Shown piece by piece: positions 12,759 through 28,381 of a DNA stretch of 64,000 nt. Position numbers and translations under genes: made by a program. Origin of the DNA: Octopus vulgaris (taxonomy: Eukaryota); NCBI GenBank assembly GCA_951406725.2, contig OX597826.1, positions 49,414,001 to 49,478,000 of the forward strand. Direction: 5' to 3'. How positions within the stretch are numbered: the stretch's first letter is position 1; each line of letters opens with the position of its first letter. The notes beneath the pieces were generated by a model, which saw nothing but the letters and a program-made list of their open reading frames with translations, did no database searches and was not told the origin of the DNA.

Positions 12759-14056
12759 ATTTGGCTCAAAAGCAAATAGCAAGGCCATGTAGGGAGACAT
12801 GGAGTTAAGTACAGGGTGGTGTTCATGTAAAGAGTTCAGGCCACTTGAGGTCAAGGGAGGCTTTGAACAAAGCGGTCGTCGGCATCTTCACCATCTCGTC
12901 TGGCAGCTTGTTCCACGGATCCGCAACCCGGACGGAGAAAGCTCCTCTCCTTCGATTGAGATGAAATCGTCGCAGGTAGAGCTTTTCGGAATGACCCCGC
13001 AGCCGACGCTCTGGAGCAGGAGTGAAGAGCAGCTCTTTCGAGAGGTTACACTTTCCGCTTATGATGTTGTGGGCGAGAATGAGATCACCACGGCGGCGGC
13101 GTTTTTCAAGAGAATAAAGGTCGAGCGTCCTCAGCCTTTCTTCGTAGGACAAATTTTTGAGACCATGAATCATGCGGGTAGCCAGCCTCTGGACTCTTTC
13201 GAGATGCTGTATGTCTTTGAGGAGATAAGGAGAAGAGGCTTGAATCCCGTACTCCAATATGGGTCTCACCAGCGTGACATAGAGTGGTAGGAATATGGCT
13301 GCTGTGAGCATTCCGAATGACCGTCGAATCAAGAACAGAATTCCGCGTGCTTTGTTGGCAGCATGGACGCACTGGGCCGAAGGCGAAAAGGAGGAATCCA
13401 CCAAGATACCCAGGTCCTTTACCTGATCGGTCCTCTCCAGCAGCAGACGACCCGGCTCGAAATCAAGTTGAGTTGCAGGAGGAGAGCCAACAGGCAGATG
13501 ACAGCACTTTGACACGTTCAGACACAGGTCCCATTCGTTAGACCACTTCCAAATTTGGTGGAGGCATCGACGAAGATCCTCTATATCACCGCGAGGAGCG
13601 ACCAGTTTGATATCGTCGGCAAATAGAAGAGTGTGTTGCGTGAGGTCGTCGGGCAAGTCATTTATGAAGACTAAGAACAACAAGGGCCCAAGCACTGAAC
13701 CTTGAGGCACGCCACTGCTCGCACTGGAGACGTCGGAACGCGAACCATTAACTTGGACTTGGAAGGAGCGATCTGAGTGGAAGGCACCAACCTATCGTAC
13801 AATATCCGGATGGAAACTATATGCTTGAAGCTTGACAAGTAATAGGCGGTGGTTTACCGAGTCAAAAGCTTTGGCAAAGTCCAATAAAACGATGTCAACA
13901 GCATCACTATCATCGAGGATGCGCGTCACCAATTCTTCCATTACCAGTTAGTTGGTCAAGCATGATCTCTTCGGCACGAAGCCGTGTTGGGAATCAGAGA
14001 TAGAGGCTGTGTTTTGGAGGTGGAGCATCATACTTTTCTTAGGGATGGTTTCGAAC
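12724..14056 (-). mobile_element. 5'-truncated CR1-clade LINE (reverse transcriptase C-terminal half) with (TAAC)n tail
   Basis: SQHGFVPKRSCLTN*...LDFAKAFDSVNH...GVPQGSVLGPLLFLVFINDLP...LFADDIKL...LVRPILEY...LERVQRLATR...RRRRGDLI...FSVRVADPWNKLP; in-frame stops upstream of 13710; tail (GTTA)n on + at 12724-12758. Confidence 0.95.
12823..13710 (-). pseudogene. Open RT segment of the CR1 LINE (295 aa)
   Basis: ORF track; PQG and FADD RT motifs. Confidence 0.9.
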
Positions 14057-14534
14057 ATATGTATGCATGTATGCATGTATGTATGTACGTATGTATGTAG
14101 GTAGGTAGGTAGGAAGGTAGGTAGGTAGGTAGGTAGGTAGGTAGGTAGGTAGGTAGGTAGGTATATATACACCCACACGGATTTGTATTCTTGTGCATAG
14201 AAGAATATTTTACTCAAAGAAATTCCAACTTTGATTTTCACATTTTATTAACAATATTATGATAATATAAGATAATATAATGAAATGAGAGAATATTGAA
14301 TGTCCATTCTGATTGAACTAGTATTTCCATGCAATAAACTATGCAATCTCCAGGTTCGTGTAGTAGTGATGGCAGTTATGTTTTACAACTTACAACTGTC
14401 TATATATATATATATATATATGGATGGATTTATATATTATGCATGTATGTATGTATGTGTGCATATATGCATATATGTATATATATATGTGTGTGTGTGA
14501 GTGTATGTATGTATATGTATATATATATACATAC

Positions 14535-14628
<94 letters not shown>

Positions 14629-14681
14629 GTATGTATGCATATACGCATATATGTATATACATATATATGTGCGTGTGTACG

Positions 14682-14723
<42 letters not shown>

Positions 14724-14737
14724 GATATAAATATAAA

Positions 14738-14950
14738 GTTAATCCACACAAGAAAGCACAAAAAACACAACAACGCGAGGACGTGGAACAAATATAGTAT
14801 TATTGAACGCTCAGAAAAGAAGGAAAGAAGGAGGGTTTAACGTTTCGAGCGGAGCTCTTCGTCGGAAACATAGAAGGAAACATAGAAGGAAAGATACAGA
14901 GAAGGGAAGACAGAGAAAAAAAGTCGCCAACGGTACACACGCTGTCGCAT
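14738..14950 (-). mobile_element. Short HHR-bearing PLE-type element (subfamily 2)
   Basis: HHR at 14835-14869: GTTT-CCGACGA-A-GAGC-TCC-GCTC-GAAA-CGTT-AAAC; similar to 15317-15535 and 62638-62842. Confidence 0.75.
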
Positions 14951-15120
14951 ATGCATGTATGTCACTTTTGCCGTGCCACCAAGTTACAAAGACATAAAAA
15001 GACTAACAGCGTTTGTTGAGTGGTAGTGGGTAATCAACACAAAAACAGATGCACACACATCCACACGCACATCGACACACATTGTATATATATATATATG
15101 TATATACATACATATATATT

Positions 15121-15594
<474 letters not shown>

Positions 15595-15596
<2 letters not shown>

Positions 15597-15962
15597 CTCC
15601 GTCGGTCACGAATGACCGTGGGTGCACATAAGAGGTTCCCGTCCGGGGTACAAGTCTGGGCAGAAAGTCGGCTCACTGGCGAATAAACAACCTAGGTTTG
15701 TTTTTATGGAAGACCAGCAGTCGCCCATGCATACTAGCCTCCTCTTTCTACGCCACCGATGTTATCCAAGGGAAAGGCAAAGGGGCCGATACAGTTTGGC
15801 ACCAGTGACGTCGCAGCTCATCTCTGCAGGTGAGCGAACTGGAGAATCGTTAAACAAAGTGACTTACTCAAGAACAAAACACGCAGCCCGTTCAGGGAAT
15901 CGAACGCACAACCTCACGATTGTAAGCTCGACGCTCTAATCACTGTGTCATGCGCCTTCACA
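15595..15962 (-). mobile_element. tRNA-derived SINE (family B-related tail)
   Basis: Head TGTGAAGGCGCATGAC...GCGTTCGATTCCC; tail ACCGACGGAGT shared with 3818-4204; related degenerate copy at ~24740-25065. Confidence 0.75.
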
Positions 15963-15969
15963 ATGTATG

Positions 15970-16848
<879 letters not shown>

Positions 16849-17013
16849 TAGGTAATCCACCATCAAGACTTTGGTCGACCCAGAGCTACCACAGAAGATA
16901 CTTGTCCAAGGTGCCACAAAGTTAGACTGAAACCGCAAATAGTCGCTGGGAAGCAAGCATCATACGCCTCTATATAATGCATAATTTTTATAATACATAG
17001 GTATGATAAAACT

Positions 17014-17054
<41 letters not shown>

Positions 17055-17135
17055 GTATATGTTCATATATATATATATAGGCGTATATGAGCACACACAT
17101 ATATATACGTACATATATTTATATATGTACGGTCA

Positions 17136-17390
17136 AAGGATGTTGAATGAAACACCCATGTTTCCAGAGGTGAATTATTCAAACTCCAAAGAATCCATCT
17201 CAACATATGACTATGATGCTCCCCCACTACTTCTGCTCATGATCAGAGATGCTCATATCGTCAGCCACTAAGGGACATGATCAACTGGTTAAGGTCAAAC
17301 AACTGACAAGCAAATCTGTGGTATTGAGCAGAATATTTGCTGTCGCCCATCTTTAATTCCAAGACAACACAATGTACATGATAATAAACA
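17136..17390 (-). mobile_element. Fragment of repeat family D
   Basis: Matches 17984-18287 and 32528-33064. Confidence 0.8.
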
Positions 17391-17983
17391 AGTGAAAACC
17401 AGTATACTGTGTGTGTGTGTTTATTCGGCAAAAAAAATAAGATGACTATCCGAAATATTTGTTTCAACACACGGTTTCACATCAGGGATCTTACAAAACA
17501 AACTCATAAACGTAAGGTGTATATACATACATACATACATACATAATACACACTTACATACACACACACACATGGATATAGACACATACATATATATAGA
17601 TGTATGCTTTTATATAGTTATACATGTACACATATTTACTGATAAATGCATACATATTTACGCATGTAGGTATGTATGGTTGTATGCATACATTTAGCTC
17701 TGTGTGTTAGTATGTATACATGCATATATGTATATCTTTATGTATCTATTTATATGTATGTATGCATGTATGTATATGCCTATGTCTGTATATTCGAGAC
17801 CCATGAAAGTATCTTTACGTTCCAACATGATCAGATGCCATATACGATTGGGCAATTGAGAACAATGTTCCCTTCAAGTCCACAAAAAAAAAACCGTGTC
17901 CCTAGCTAGGGACAGAAACCCACCCACCAATGGCTCTATCTTGTCTCCCAACAAGCAATCCATTCAAAACACCGAATCTTTTG

Positions 17984-18287
17984 CCAGTTAGAATTTTCTT
18001 CTTGTCGAGTAACCCATCCCGCTCAAAAGGTCCCTGAATAAGGGTTGTTTAATGATGTTGAACGAAACACCCATGTTTCCAGCGGTGAATTATTCAAACC
18101 CCAAAGAATCCCTCTCAACACATGGCTATGATGCTCCCCCACTACTTCTGCTCGTGATCAGAGATGCACATATCGTCAGCCACTAAGGGACATGCTGAAC
18201 TGGTTGGTTAAGGTCAAACAACAGACAAGCAAATCTGTGGTATTGAGCAGAATATTTGCTGTAGCCCATCTTTTATACCAAGACAAA
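17984..18287 (-). mobile_element. Fragment of repeat family D next to a trinucleotide tract
   Basis: CAGAGATGCACATATCGTCAGCCACTAAGGGACATG core shared with the other copies. Confidence 0.8.
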
Positions 18288-18343
18288 TATTCTTCTTCTT
18301 CTTCTTATTCTTCTTCTTCTTCTTCTTCTTCTTATTCTTATTC

Positions 18344-18402
<59 letters not shown>

Positions 18403-18652
18403 GTTATTATTATCATCATCATCATCATCATCATCATTATTGTTGTTGTTGCTGTTAATTTTATTCTGGAAAGCACGACAACGCAGGCTGCACCCAAAGT
18501 GTTCACCGTTGAGCGGGTCCAATTAAAGAGATATAAGTAACAAACTGTACATGTTCATTCTTCCGTCTTGATTCATTATAACAAACGCCGTCCTCAAGCA
18601 CTTCATTGTTCGCTTCTGTAAATTTAAGAATTTAACAAACACACACACAAAC

Positions 18653-18699
<47 letters not shown>

Positions 18700-19005
18700 C
18701 ACACACACAAACAGAAACATACACACACACACATACACACAGACACAAACCCGTACGCACACACAGGCACACGCAGGCATGCACACGCGCACGCACACGA
18801 ATATATGTGTACGTGTATGTGTGTGTATATTTATATGTATGTGTGTAAGTGGGTATGTCTGTGTACATACCCACTTACATATATATATATATACACACAA
18901 ACACACACACATATATATATACAAATCACTGTAAATGTATGTCTAAGCATGTATATGAATATATCAACCTGTGTACATATGTATATGTGAGCGTGGACTG
19001 CCATG

Positions 19006-19069
<64 letters not shown>

Positions 19070-19078
19070 GTATGTATG

Positions 19079-19147
<69 letters not shown>

Positions 19148-19386
19148 GTGTGTGTCTATGTGTGCAAGTACATATGTACATATGTGTGTATGCTAATTCA
19201 CATATATTTCATACTAATGAAACGGACATTGAACCCGCTTCTATCTGTTATGTCATGAATTATATTTGTGATTGTTCAACTTAGGCAAGAAATGGAGAAA
19301 TTAAAAGACACATTTAGTTAGAATATTCCCTTTTATTCCAGTCACACGAAATTCCATAGTACCAAATACTAACTGCGTTATGTCTA

Positions 19387-19456
<70 letters not shown>

Positions 19457-19511
19457 GTCCTCATGTTTCGTTTATTCAAATTTCTTTTTCAGCCAAAGTG
19501 AACCTAAAAGT

Positions 19512-19560
<49 letters not shown>

Positions 19561-19566
<6 letters not shown>

Positions 19567-20261
19567 TACAAATAATTTATGTATTTATACACAAAAGAGG
19601 TGACCTTTAACAGGACGTCTTACGTGCTGGAAAGAGTAGTTAAAGCCCAAACCACGAATAAGAGCAATTTCAAAGGGAATGAAAATAAAAATAATTTTTG
19701 TGGTTACCCTCAGGCTCAAGTTTCTGCATCAATGTGCAAGTAAATTCATTTGCCATCCGTACTTCTTCAGTGAGGTGTCCTGTTAAAAGGCACCTCTTTT
19801 GTGTATAAATACATAGATTGTTTGTACACTATTTTATATGAAAATATGCTGTCTATTGACTTCATTATGCATGCTGGCCACCGATATGAAAATTTCTCTA
19901 AATTTTTCACCGTTATTATTTTCACTGTAAAATGTTCGTAGTTTCGAAGTCCTTTGGTACGCAGTTTTAATTTTTTATATTATTACCATCTACTACCGAA
20001 TGTAACTGCGCTTGCGCAGTGGATTTGAAAATTATAATGCATAAATATGTAGCACATATATTTTCAGTGCTATTTGCTGCATAAATATGCATTAATTTTA
20101 GCGCCCTCACTGAAGAAGTACGGATGGCAAATTAATTTATTTGCACATTGATACAAGAACTTGAGCCTGGGGGTAACTACAAAAATTATTTTTATCTTTA
20201 TTCCCTTTGAAATTGCTCTTATTCGAGGTTTGGGCTTTAACTGCCCTTTCCAGTATGTAAG
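19561..20261. mobile_element. ~487-bp-unit HHR element: permuted inverted partial copy (-) plus one unit (+)
   Basis: 19561-19616 is the reverse complement of 19777-19832, and 19619-19775 is the reverse complement of 20105-20261; degenerate HHRs at 19708-19775 (-) and 20105-20172 (+): CCUCA-CUGAAGA...GAAA-CUUGAGCC-UGAGG. Confidence 0.8.
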
Positions 20262-22347
20262 GTGGGGTGGTAGTTGTTGTTGTTGGTGTTGTTGTTTGGG
20301 CTGAGTCAGTTCTGTTTCAACAGGCTCTCGATTGACGGTGTCCCAGCTTTGACCTTCCCATCTGTATTTTGTCAACCATAATACATCCTAAACTATGCAG
20401 TCAAATGTGTTCTTCATCTTTTAACACGGTATAATGTGATTTGTGGGAGATTTAGCAACTATTTCTAACAGAATGAGTGACAGTGTAGCGGCTCCATTAC
20501 TGTCACAAATTATTAAATGTTGATAGTGTTTATACTCAGATCATTCCAATCTTCTATTCATATGTGCTATATCCAGGACTACATTATCCAACACTGTTGG
20601 ATAAAAACACCTGGCTGCTTTGCTTTTGGTGTTCTGGATTCAAACTTCGCTGAGGTCAAATTCACGAGAAGGAAAGATAAAAAAAAGTACCGATCGACGA
20701 CAGCCGATAGACAGAATAGCCATGTTGTTTTTGTACCATTTTTTTGCATTTTAGGATCTTAGTTGGTAGACAATCTATCACCTGATGTGTTACCATCACC
20801 TGGCGATCCTAGGTTAACTTATAAGGACGTTCCACTCAGTTGCAAGGTTTCGTTTGCTGGCTCTGGCTTGGGGATAACTTTCCCCTCCTTCTTACGATCC
20901 GCAGAAGCCCTGAAAAAAATAAGGGATTCCGGGCACTTATACTTTTCTCCCCATTTTGAAGAACATCCCAAAACTAGGCAGAGTAACGTGCAGCCTCGGC
21001 ACCATCGCAATGAAGGAAACGTCCACTTCGAATCAGAAATCGTAATCTTTTAGCTTATCCAACACATGCTCTCCTTTCTCTTTCTCAATGTCTCATTTTT
21101 TATTTTCTTTACTCCTGTTTCAACCTTCCATTCGGCTTCTCCGCCTCTGTCTCTCTCTATATATCTCCCTTTTTGTTACTCTATGGTAGGGAAGGGAAGG
21201 GAAGGAGGGCAAAAGGGATCAGAAGACCGGAAGAGAGTAAATCAGTCCACCATATTTACATGATGTTACACAGAAGACGGAAATAAGAGACTCCCATTTA
21301 AAATGATTGTAGTTAATTATTTGATAGTTAAGCCGAATGTACAGATACACACATGCGCTCATATACATGCACTATGCGTATATGAATACACACACACATA
21401 CATTCATACACACACACACACATACATACATACATACATACATACATACATACATACATACATACATACATACATACATACATACAAACATTCATACATA
21501 CCTCCGTTCACATACATATATATATATATGCGTATATACATAGATAATTGCATACACACGTACATATATACATGCACACATAAACATGCATACTTACATA
21601 AACACATAAATACTTACATACATACACATGCACACACACACATATACATACTCACATATATACATGCATACATATATACATACACATAGATAAGTACACA
21701 CGCTTAAACAATACGTATATTTATCTACACATACAAATTTCCATTAAAAAGTTATATCTCCGCACGCACAGACACGCGCACACACACACAAACACACACA
21801 TACGCACTCTTAGACACATGCACATTCTTACAAATACACACATATATATACACGCACAATTGCAGCTGTCTATCAACATAGACAACACTCGAGAACATCA
21901 GAGAGAAATTTGCAGTCAATAGACAGAGAGAGAGAAAGAGTGGGCGGCAAGAGAAGAGAGAGGAGGAAGGGAGAGACAGAAAGAAAGAAAGAAAGAATAG
22001 AAAGCCAGTACGGTCAAAAAGCAAGAAAGCAAAAACCCATGTATGTGTGGGGATGGGTGGGGTTAGTATGTGTGCATCAGGTTTATAATGTGTGTGTGTG
22101 TATGTGTATGTATGCGAGCATGGGCGTGTATGTGTGTGGGTGTATGTCCGGATGCGTATGTGAGTGTGTACAGATAATAACAGAGACCAGAAATTATGGT
22201 TCATATATTCATGAAATTATATACATAGTTACCTGTCTATTCAGGTGCATGTATGCAGTATTTATGTGCATACAAATCTGTCTATGTATGCGCCTGTTGA
22301 AATATATCTGCATATATATATATATATATATATATACATACATATAT

Positions 22348-22380
<33 letters not shown>

Positions 22381-22397
22381 CGTACATACATACATGC

Positions 22398-22446
<49 letters not shown>

Positions 22447-22533
22447 CCATATATATATATATGTATATATATTCATATATTCATGTAGAAGTATATACAT
22501 ATGCATGTATATATATGTATGTGTATATACGAA

Positions 22534-22607
<74 letters not shown>

Positions 22608-22629
22608 GAGAGATAAATATATAGGTAGT

Positions 22630-22692
<63 letters not shown>

Positions 22693-22729
22693 TCAGACAC
22701 GCACATAAATACATTTATATCGATATATT

Positions 22730-22817
<88 letters not shown>

Positions 22818-22961
22818 ATAATTTAGGTGAATTACATCGTGAATATATCCTTCTGTCTGAATGCATATGCATACACACCTTGAGTATAGTTATCCATACC
22901 AAAGCGGCAAGAAGAACACGCCACGCGTCCTATTTTGTTAATAACAACAACAACGACAACG

Positions 22962-22994
<33 letters not shown>

Positions 22995-23331
22995 TTTACC
23001 ATGTAATGGCCTATTATGGCATTATCTATGTTTTGACTTTGTCATGTCTGCTATCAACCTTTATCGAATTAGCAGTCAACCTTAAATTAATGCCTTCATT
23101 AACAGACAATATCTTAGGAAGCTCTTCACCATTTGATTACTGCTATAAAAACTATAATTAGTGACTAACCTGTTACACCGCACGAAGTTATTGATCTGCA
23201 CACCTTTGGCTGAGGGTCCTCTCCCTCCCTCCCTACTTCTCCTCTCTCTCTCCCTCCCTCTTACGCTCTCCATTTTTCTGTGTGTGTCTGTGCATATATG
23301 TATGTACGTAAGTATATGAATATATCTATGT

Positions 23332-23381
<50 letters not shown>

Positions 23382-23503
23382 ATAGACGCACACGCATATG
23401 CATATACATGCACACATACACACACATAATTATTATTTGTACTTGCATTTTGCAGTTCCCTGTTCCACTGTTATGGTGGATTTATTGCTATAATTTTAGA
23501 GTT

Positions 23504-23571
<68 letters not shown>

Positions 23572-24339
23572 CATACATACATACATATATATATACATAC
23601 ATATACATATATATACATTATACATATATATATACACACATATATATATATGTATATAGATATATATAATATATATAGACATATATATGTATATATTTGT
23701 ATATGCGTGTATATATATGTGTGCGTACATATTCATATATATAATTTACAAAGTATTTTATTTATCCTATATTTTTTTGCTTTTGTTTTCTTTCGGTTTA
23801 CTGTGTTGTCGCGTTTGTTTTGTTGTATGTTTTTAATGTTGTTTTGTTCTTTTATTTGTTTTTTTTGTTATTATGTTGGTCGGCATTTGGGTTTTTTTTT
23901 CTTGTTTTTCGAGTTTGCTTCATTTATTTATTACTTTCTGATTATATCTGATGTTATTTTTTTCTGTTGTTGGTTGTTCGTATTTGTTGACGTTGTTGTT
24001 GTTACTGTCATTATTTTCATTATTACTATTATTAACATTAATAAGATTATTCAAATTTCAATCCTCACGCTATTAATGCTAATAACGTTGCTTTCGTTGT
24101 TGTCATCATCGTCGTTGTCGTCGGTATCTTTATCATCATCAGCAGCAGAAGCAGCATTATCATCGTCATCATCGTCATAAGTAATGTTGTTATTGTAGCT
24201 GCTGTTATTTTCAATAGACAAGTGAACTCTCCAAATATTTTTATGATATTTGATAATCAATGCCGAATTTTACGCTCTTGCTAGAACGTACATTAGGTTT
24301 ACATTGCGATTATGATTATTTATTTATTTATTTATTTAT

Positions 24340-24396
<57 letters not shown>

Positions 24397-24414
24397 GTCA
24401 TTATTATTATTATT

Positions 24415-24636
24415 TTATATACGCACAATAGATTAAGCTGTTAGGAAAGAAAAATTCCCAACATCGGGGTACAACAAGTAACCTTAGATGCCAAGAACCC
24501 TCCTATGTATTCTAGCTGTCCCTAATAACACTGTTTTCTGGAGTTATGCTAAACTAGGTTTTATGCCTATTTCCTTTATCTATCTGTTCAAATCTTTAGG
24601 GATAGTTCCTAACGCGCCTATAACAACAGGGATACG
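24415..24636 (-). mobile_element. 3' end of an R4/Dong-clade LINE in (TAA)n
   Basis: RIPVVIGALGTIPKDLNR*IKEIGIKPSLA*LQKTVLLGTARIHRRVLGI* (stop 24484-24486); (ATT)n on both sides. Confidence 0.85.
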
Positions 24637-24655
24637 TTATTATTAATCATCATCA

Positions 24656-24719
<64 letters not shown>

Positions 24720-25898
24720 GATATGAATCAAAACCGTAGCCTTCACTTGCAAGCGAGTGTGACCTAGCTGCATTTATCATGGCTTCCACTAATTGTTTTA
24801 GATGCCTGTATAGTCGTAAGCAAATTATAGACACTGTTTTGGGTTTCCCACCCTTGACCTTGAAGAATATGAATAAAGTGACAGTTAAAAGGAGAAAATG
24901 TTGCTTCAGAACTTCGTTGGTTTTCATTTTCAGCTGAGCAGACTGAAGAAACCCGAAATCTAACGCCTTACTCAAGGACTCACCGCATCCCATTGGCTCA
25001 GGAATAGAACTCACAGTCTATGAGCATGAGACCAACCCCGTAGACTTTAGGCCATACGCCTTCACATACTATAATAAAGTCAATCTGAATAAAGATTACT
25101 TTTTATCGAGAGCTCGGAACTAGTGTTCCATGCATTTGAGTGCTACGGATTGGCAGATCGTTAGAGCTGCGGACACAATGCTTATCTGTATTTCTTATTG
25201 TTCTTTACGTTAAGACCAAATTCCTGACGAGTTCAACTTTGCTCTGCATCCTTCTGGGATCAAGAAAATATAGTATCACTCAAGTAATGGAGCCAATGGT
25301 ATCGACTTACCCCTCTCTCAAAAATTGCTGGCCCCGAGCCTAAATTATAACAAGCATAAACAGACGAACATCAAAGAAAACGTTAACAATATCAACAAGA
25401 ACAACAGCAACAGAGACAACACTATCAGAGACGACGACATATGATCTTTTGCAATCGTTATGAATCATAAGAAACTTCTCGATATGAGGTAATTCAGGGA
25501 AAGGCAATGAAATGAATGTGGTTTGTCTAGAAAGGTAATACTTCCATTCCCGAAGAAATTTACTCAGAGGATAGGGAGGAGGAAGGTAATTTGCTTCTGA
25601 TTTTCAAACAAGGTGGAGGGTTTCCATATGCCCTTGAAGGAGGACCTAGATGAAGCCTTAACCGACAAGCAATAGGATGTGTGCTCTTCTCGGCATGAGG
25701 CAAAGCACAGCCTTTAGTACAGGGGAAAGGGAATTGATGAGTCACAGATAAAAATGTTGATAGTGACATTGTTTCTTGATGTTTTGTCAACATTGCATCT
25801 CAAGAATAGTAACTACTGTTTGAGGAATAACCCAAACAATATATATATATAGATAGATAGATAGATAAGAAAGTTGGTTTGTGAAAGCACGTGGGTGA

Positions 25899-26070
25899 AT
25901 ATATAGAAAATAGTAAAGAGTGAAAAAACTACAGAAGGCTTAAATGTTAAAAAATATATATATTTGCGTCAATATGTCTGAAGAATATTAGACATATTGA
26001 CGCAAATATATATATTTTTTAACATTTAAGCCGTCTGTAGTTTTTTCACTCTTTACTATTTTCTATATAT
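25899..26070. repeat. Fold-back palindrome, ~80-bp arms, 10-nt loop
   Basis: 25899-25979 vs 25990-26070, one visible mismatch; right end runs into (TA)n. Confidence 0.92.
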
Positions 26071-27170
26071 ATATATATATATATACATATGCGTGTGTAT
26101 GTGTATGCATAAAATCCTTAAAATCCTTTAAAATGTTTTAGCCCGAAGGCTGCGGCCATGCTGGGGCACCACCGTATATACATACATTCATATATATATA
26201 TATGAATAAATAGTGTCGAAAGTAAGAGGGTGTACGATCCGACAGTTATTTAACCCTTGGTCTACCAGAGAAAATGTATGTCACTAATTACCAAATGGAC
26301 CCAATATTTTTCTTTTAATTAAATTTTATTCCTGAATTGGCGAAGAAATCTGAATGCTTATGTGACCAGACACCATTTTTGTGTTTAGAGAAAATGTTAG
26401 CAATCTCTAGCAGTCTCGTTATGTTGTGGATATAACTTGAATACAATTTAAAGTCAACGATAAATACGTGTAAGGGACATTAATTTACTTCACCCAACAC
26501 ATAGCCTTGGCATTTCCACAAAAGGGCTCATAAGGAGTGCATTGCCAAGCTAAACAGCAACACACACACACACAAGCTGTTAACTTGGAATATTGCCATC
26601 GATAATCCTATTCTGTCTGTTATAATAAAGTGGTTTTAGTTCCTTGTGATAGTCGTGCGAACTATTTTTGTTACTGTTACTAAAGCCTCTCACAACATTC
26701 CTAGACGTGTTTGGCATTCGTCTGATAAATAAAATGGATTTTCTCTGATATTTTATGGCAGCTGGGCTGTGTAGTTTACCAGGGTGCCTATCTCTGGTTA
26801 GCACTCAGAGAATACATTCCAAGGAGTAAGTTTTCGACATCTATGATTCTGTTTGCTTCATGTAAGTCGACTTGACCCATGGTTAATAACTTGGTGGTTA
26901 ATAACTTCTGCCGGACGGATGCGATGCAACGTTGACAGACCGTTTACTTAGAAGTACACAATATCATTGCTGATGGGAAAATCTTGGTGATATTTCCGAG
27001 TTTTCGCACCTGAACGTCTATAGTACTGCCCGTCTTCGCGTCCAGTCAAATAGTCTCAAAATTGGTACGATAGCTGCTATAGCAAATACATCGCGGCTCA
27101 CTAATTTAGTGTCCAAGAACTGCTTCTGAAGTGGTATTTTTACATCCGAGTGTAATATCGGAGAGAGAGA

Positions 27171-27209
<39 letters not shown>

Positions 27210-27619
27210 GAGAGAAAGAGAGGGACAGAGAGAGAGGGGCAGAGAGAGAGAGATTATGTGTGTATTAGCGATTAGAATGCTTGATTCACGATCATAAGGT
27301 CATGACTACGATTCCTAGACGGGGCGAAGTGTTGTGTTCTTGAGCATGGTACTTCATTTTTACGTTGTTCCAGTCTATTCAGCCGTAAAGAAGTACCAAC
27401 AAACTGAAGACACATACCTCTCTTTCCCTCTTTACAACATCCTTGATGTACCGCTGGGTCAAAGATGGAAGACCCGAGAGGATGTCTTGCGTACTAATGA
27501 TTAAACAGGGACAAAAAAACAATTGATGAAAGCATGGTACATGCTTTCAGACAAGACTCGCTTGTAAGTGACGGCTATGTTTTGTTTACTTTTTTGCATA
27601 AAGTATGCGTGTATGTACA

Positions 27620-27820
27620 TAAGATGACCAGCTGGCAAAATCGTCAGCGTGTCGGGTAAAATACTCAGCGGCGTTTCTTCCGGCATTTTACATTCTGCGT
27701 TCAAATCCTGTCAAGATCCACTTTACCTTTCAACTCTTCGGAGTCGATAAAATAAGTACCAGTCAAACAGTGAGGTCAATGCGATCGACTTTTCCCCTCC
27801 CTTAAAATTGCAGGCTTTGA
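27620..27820 (+). mobile_element. SINE family C (tRNA head plus Nin-like domain), diverged
   Basis: Similar to 50792-51024; other copies at ~25135-25355, 35325-35490, 35520-35655, 35672-35887, 37512-37728, 55665-55847. Confidence 0.7.
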
Positions 27821-27894
27821 CTCTTGGAACGGGCTGGTGGACTTAAGAGTCCTAGGGCTAAATAAAACAAATACACATATGTCTATGCCTATAT

Positions 27895-28054
27895 ATGAGG
27901 GGCTTCTTTCAGTTTCCGTCTACGAAGTCCACTCAAAAGATTTGTCGGCCCGGGGCTATAGTAGAAGACACTTGCCCAAGGTGCCACGCAGTGGGACTGA
28001 ACCCGGAACCATGTGGTTCGGAAACAAGCTTCTTACCACATAGCCATGCCTGCG
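27895..28054 (-). mobile_element. SINE family A, 5' half
   Basis: Match to family A head. Confidence 0.8.
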
Positions 28055-28186
28055 CTGCACACACACACGCACGCGCACACACACATACGTACGCGCACGC
28101 GCGCACACGTACACACACACACATATATATATATATACATATAATATATATATATAAGTTGGTTCTTAATATATATATATATATAT

Positions 28187-28381
28187 ATATAAAACTTATA
28201 TATAAAATGTACAAAAGGGGACAAGAACGCAAACTACACAAAGAGACGACACAAAAAAAAAAACAGACAGGTCATTGGAAGCCTCTAATCTTCGAATGAC
28301 CTGTCTGTTTTTTTGTGTCGTCTCTTTGTGTAGTTTGCGTTCTTGTCCCCTTTTGTACATTTTATATATATAAGTTTTATA
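28187..28381. repeat. Fold-back palindrome, ~93-bp arms, 8-nt loop
   Basis: 28187-28281 vs 28290-28381; differences limited to homopolymer/TA length and one substitution; left end in (TA)n. Confidence 0.92.

Noticed and set aside
12799-13290. 163-aa plus-strand ORF
   Set aside because: Antisense shadow of the CR1 RT
26340-27145. Possible second GIY-YIG remnant (G*TTQPSCHKISE on minus)
   Set aside because: Similarity too weak to call without a search
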